IMG/VR virus record: IMGVR_UViG_3300020042_005913
Coordinates: 1-47,669 of that record
From: a virus
Taxonomy: Duplodnaviria > Caudoviricetes
DNA: 47,669 bases
Direction: 5' to 3' (one strand)
In this document: positions 45,278 to 47,669 of the stretch, piece after piece
Layout of the letters: each line of letters starts with the position of its first letter
Position numbering within the stretch: position 1 is the first letter of the stretch
Notes under the pieces: model-generated
Told to the model about the DNA's origin: nothing
The model's input: the letters and a program-made list of their open reading frames with translations, nothing else
Database searches by the model: none
Translations under genes and position numbers: made by a program

Positions 45278-45889
45278 TTACGGGGCAAGCCCGTTACGAT
45301 TCTTGGACCAGTCAATCAGGGTGCGGATTGTCCGTACCGTAGCCTCGTCCAGTCCGGTGCTCATATCCTGCTGGATGGTAACCCTGAGGGTGTTGACCTG
45401 TTGGACTTCCCCGGTCGTGTAGTCGTATGTGACGTCACATACCTTCCGGAAATCCTCCTCGTCTATCTGGTGGGGGGCAAGCAACTCGGACCGGGACACA
45501 GCCTTCCGCTTGGCGATAGCGACTTGCCTCATGTCGCGCTCCATGTGCTTGTTCGCGAGCGTGTAGAGGGAGAACGCTATCGTGGAGACCGCTCTGGTAC
45601 ACTTCTTCTCCCATCCCTTGAGCCGGACATCGATGGTGTGGGAGGGTATGGCATCATGGAAGCGGGCGTCCTTGTGGTCGCACACGATTACGAACCGGGC
45701 CTCGTCGGGTTTAGCAAACCCGCGACGGGCTTGGTTGAGCCCCCGGAAGTACATCGTCGGGTACTTCTGGTTGCGGATGGCGTCGTAAGACCTGAGCGGA
45801 GGGCAAACCGGCGGAACCGGATTCCAATCTGTCCAACCTAGCGTATTGAGGAGAGCTACCACTGACGGGTCATAGTATGTTTTATTCAT
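45278..45889 (-). CDS. hypothetical protein
   Basis: 203 aa, co-oriented with the early arm. Confidence 0.7.
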   Translation of the reverse strand: MNKTYYDPSVVALLNTLGWTDWNPVPPVCPPLRSYDAIRNQKYPTMYFRGLNQARRGFAKPDEARFVIVCDHKDARFHDAIPSHTIDVRLKGWEKKCTRAVSTIAFSLYTLANKHMERDMRQVAIAKRKAVSRSELLAPHQIDEEDFRKVCDVTYDYTTGEVQQVNTLRVTIQQDMSTGLDEATVRTIRTLIDWSKNRNGLAP

Positions 45890-45898
45890 GGTGATATA

Positions 45899-46084
45899 TT
45901 AACGGGCGATTGCTAACCAAGCCCCGTACTCCATGCCGGAGTTCTTCAGGGGGATTACTCCCGAGGGAGTGACGTGCTTGAAGCATGACCAGCATACCAC
46001 CAGACCAAAGTCCTTGGGCTGGTCGCAGCACTGGCATGTCGGGCTCTGACGAGCCTCGGTCTCTGGGTCTACCTCGGGGCTCAT
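45899..46084 (-). CDS. small zinc-finger-like protein
   Basis: CQCC...CWSC; ATGA overlap. Confidence 0.65.
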   Translation of the reverse strand: MSPEVDPETEARQSPTCQCCDQPKDFGLVVCWSCFKHVTPSGVIPLKNSGMEYGAWLAIAR

Positions 46085-46371
46085 TTGCGTACCCCCGAGT
46101 TGGCCTTCAACAGGCTACCCAAAGTGCCCGTGATCATAGCAGGGATATACCAAGCCTCGGGGGCTTCCGCCCCGCCGTAATTAATATACCCAAACGTGTC
46201 GATGAATGCCTTGGGGTCTCCGAGAACTACGACCACCGCTATGATGTCGCGCTTCTTTGCTCCGGTCTTGAGGAGGTTCTGTGCAGCAAGCAGTAGGCTA
46301 TCACCCCTTGCGTAGTATCCATACAATCCAACGGTATGAACTAAGTATGTCACTGACTGTATATGTTTCAT
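46081..46371 (-). CDS. hypothetical protein
   Basis: 96 aa with an A-rich leader (AAAACAAAACAAAAAC-ATG). Confidence 0.7.
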   Translation of the reverse strand: MKHIQSVTYLVHTVGLYGYYARGDSLLLAAQNLLKTGAKKRDIIAVVVVLGDPKAFIDTFGYINYGGAEAPEAWYIPAMITGTLGSLLKANSGVRK

Positions 46372-46402
46372 GTTTTTGTTTTGTTTTAGTGGAGCGTGTT
46401 GC

Positions 46403-46479
46403 TCCCTGCATCCCGCCAGCTCTTAGGGCTGACGGGATGGAGGGAACATCCCACTAGCGACATGTCGCTAGTGGGCTGT
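46403..46479. repeat. long imperfect hairpin (46403-46445) plus 26-bp perfect palindrome (46450-46475)
   Basis: CCCACTAGCGACA/TGTCGCTAGTGGG; TCCCTGCATCCCGCCAGCTC-TTA-GGGCTGACGGGATGGAGGGA. Confidence 0.85.
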
Positions 46480-46486
46480 CCTTCCT

Positions 46487-47669
46487 TCACAGGTAGACCC
46501 GCACGGTCGTGCCTGTGGTGGCTACCTGATCGTTGGTGCAGAGCCAGAGCACTGGCACCGTGACCGCTTCCGCCGAGGGCTCCGTGCCGTCGAGGTCGGT
46601 GAGGTACACCACCCCGGCGATGTTCTCGCCCTCGTCGATCAACTCCTGCACCCGAGCGAACGCGGGGCGGAAGTCCGTACCCCCACCGCCCGCGCCCTTG
46701 ATGGGGATAACATCCCCGCGAGTGACGCGGTGCTCTGCTTGCACTGCCGCGTCGGCGTCGAGGACGATGGCATCACCGCCCGTGTTCTCGCAGGCCTGAC
46801 TGATCAGGCCCGTGAACTCGGCCAGCAGCTTGTCGTCCACTGAACCGCTGGTGTCGCGGACGTAGACCACCAGACCAACCTCGTCACGCTTGCGGCGTGG
46901 TACGATAGTCGGGGCGAGGGCATGACGCCGTGCGCTGCGGGTCCAGTCGTTGCGGCTGGATGGTAGCTGCCGCACGAACTCCGTCATGGCGGTGCGCCAA
47001 TCGATGCGGACGCTATTGATCCGGTCGATCTCCCGTTGGGCCGAGGCGGGTATCGCACCACGCTCCAAGCTCGACTGGATGATCTTCGACTTGATGAGCT
47101 CCTCGCGCCACTCCTCGTCCAGCTTCTCAGGGCTGGTCGAGTCGGGGTCCTCTGGGTCTGGTGCCTCGAACCCACCGCACCCACCGCCATCGGTGGGCTC
47201 TGGTTTGCCCTTGCCCGTGCCCTTGCCCTTGCCCGTGCCGTCCGTGGGCTGCGTGCCCTCACCCTCGCCCTCGCCCTCGCCGTCGGTGGGCTGCGTGTCG
47301 TTGCCCTTACCCTTGCCCTTGCCCTTGCCGTCTGTGGGCTGCGTGTCATCGCCCTCGCCCTCGCCCTCTGGGGGCGGTGGCGGCGGTGGCGGCGGTGGCG
47401 GTGGCGGGGTCTGCTGCTCCTGCTGGAGGATGAGGTAGATCTGTTCGCAGGGCATACCCTTGAAGCGACGGTCGAACAGGGCTTTGTCGGGACGCTCGGT
47501 CCCTACCACCCCGTCGAGCATGAGGTTGATCTCGTAGTCGCCAGCCGCGTTGCCCAGAAGGTTATGCGGTAGTCTGAAGAAGTGCCGCAACAAACAGTGC
47601 AGCACTTCGTGAAGGAACACGAACCTGACCTGTGCGGGGGTCAGCTTGGCTACGACGGCGGTGATACTT
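46487..47669 (-). CDS. DUF2201-like HExxH metallopeptidase + VWA domain protein, 5'-truncated by the window end
   Basis: HEVLH, N.A.D..IN, MIDAS DTSGS, GGGGTDF and YLTD motifs; the frame stays open to the end of the window; P/GE/GK low-complexity linker. Confidence 0.85.
   Translation of the reverse strand, partial: SITAVVAKLTPAQVRFVFLHEVLHCLLRHFFRLPHNLLGNAAGDYEINLMLDGVVGTERPDKALFDRRFKGMPCEQIYLILQQEQQTPPPPPPPPPPPPPEGEGEGDDTQPTDGKGKGKGKGNDTQPTDGEGEGEGEGTQPTDGTGKGKGTGKGKPEPTDGGGCGGFEAPDPEDPDSTSPEKLDEEWREELIKSKIIQSSLERGAIPASAQREIDRINSVRIDWRTAMTEFVRQLPSSRNDWTRSARRHALAPTIVPRRKRDEVGLVVYVRDTSGSVDDKLLAEFTGLISQACENTGGDAIVLDADAAVQAEHRVTRGDVIPIKGAGGGGTDFRPAFARVQELIDEGENIAGVVYLTDLDGTEPSAEAVTVPVLWLCTNDQVATTGTTVRVYL

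Noticed and set aside
45251-47572. + strand ORFs (196, 162 and 178 aa and others) in the right arm
   Set aside because: They overlap better-supported - strand genes and mirror their repeats.
1-47669. Terminal redundancy or circular completeness
   Set aside because: The right end stops inside the VWA gene and I see no match between the two ends.

Overview
Nearly complete (about 47.7 kb, right end cut inside a gene) genome of a tailed dsDNA phage with podovirus-like architecture. The + strand arm carries a probable small terminase and accessory genes (596-2379). It then carries large terminase, portal, scaffold, major capsid, adaptor, tail-fibre/chaperone modules, holin, nozzle and three putative ejection proteins, the last a 2941-aa polyvalent protein (4762-36124). 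A PAPS-reductase-family gene sits among the ejection genes. The - strand arm (36147-47669) encodes a lytic transglycosylase, SNF2 helicase, VRR-NUC nuclease, family A DNA polymerase, SSB, DUF2800 exonuclease, primase-helicase and a truncated HExxH/VWA protein. A small - strand accessory operon (2386-4559) ends in tRNA-Leu(TAA). No integrase, repressor, RNA polymerase, reverse transcriptase or CRISPR array was seen. Most starts lack a Shine-Dalgarno sequence, suggesting (inference) a host such as Verrucomicrobiota/PVC or Bacteroidota. The most striking element is a 60-nt tRNA-like gene at 40284-40343. It has intact acceptor, D and T arms and an encoded CCA but no anticodon arm, and it ends 4 nt before the polymerase start codon. 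Other oddities are a uORF/terminator leader ahead of the primase, seven consecutive structural genes separated only by single in-frame stops, and duplicated tail-fibre modules. All product calls come from motif recognition by eye, not database searches.
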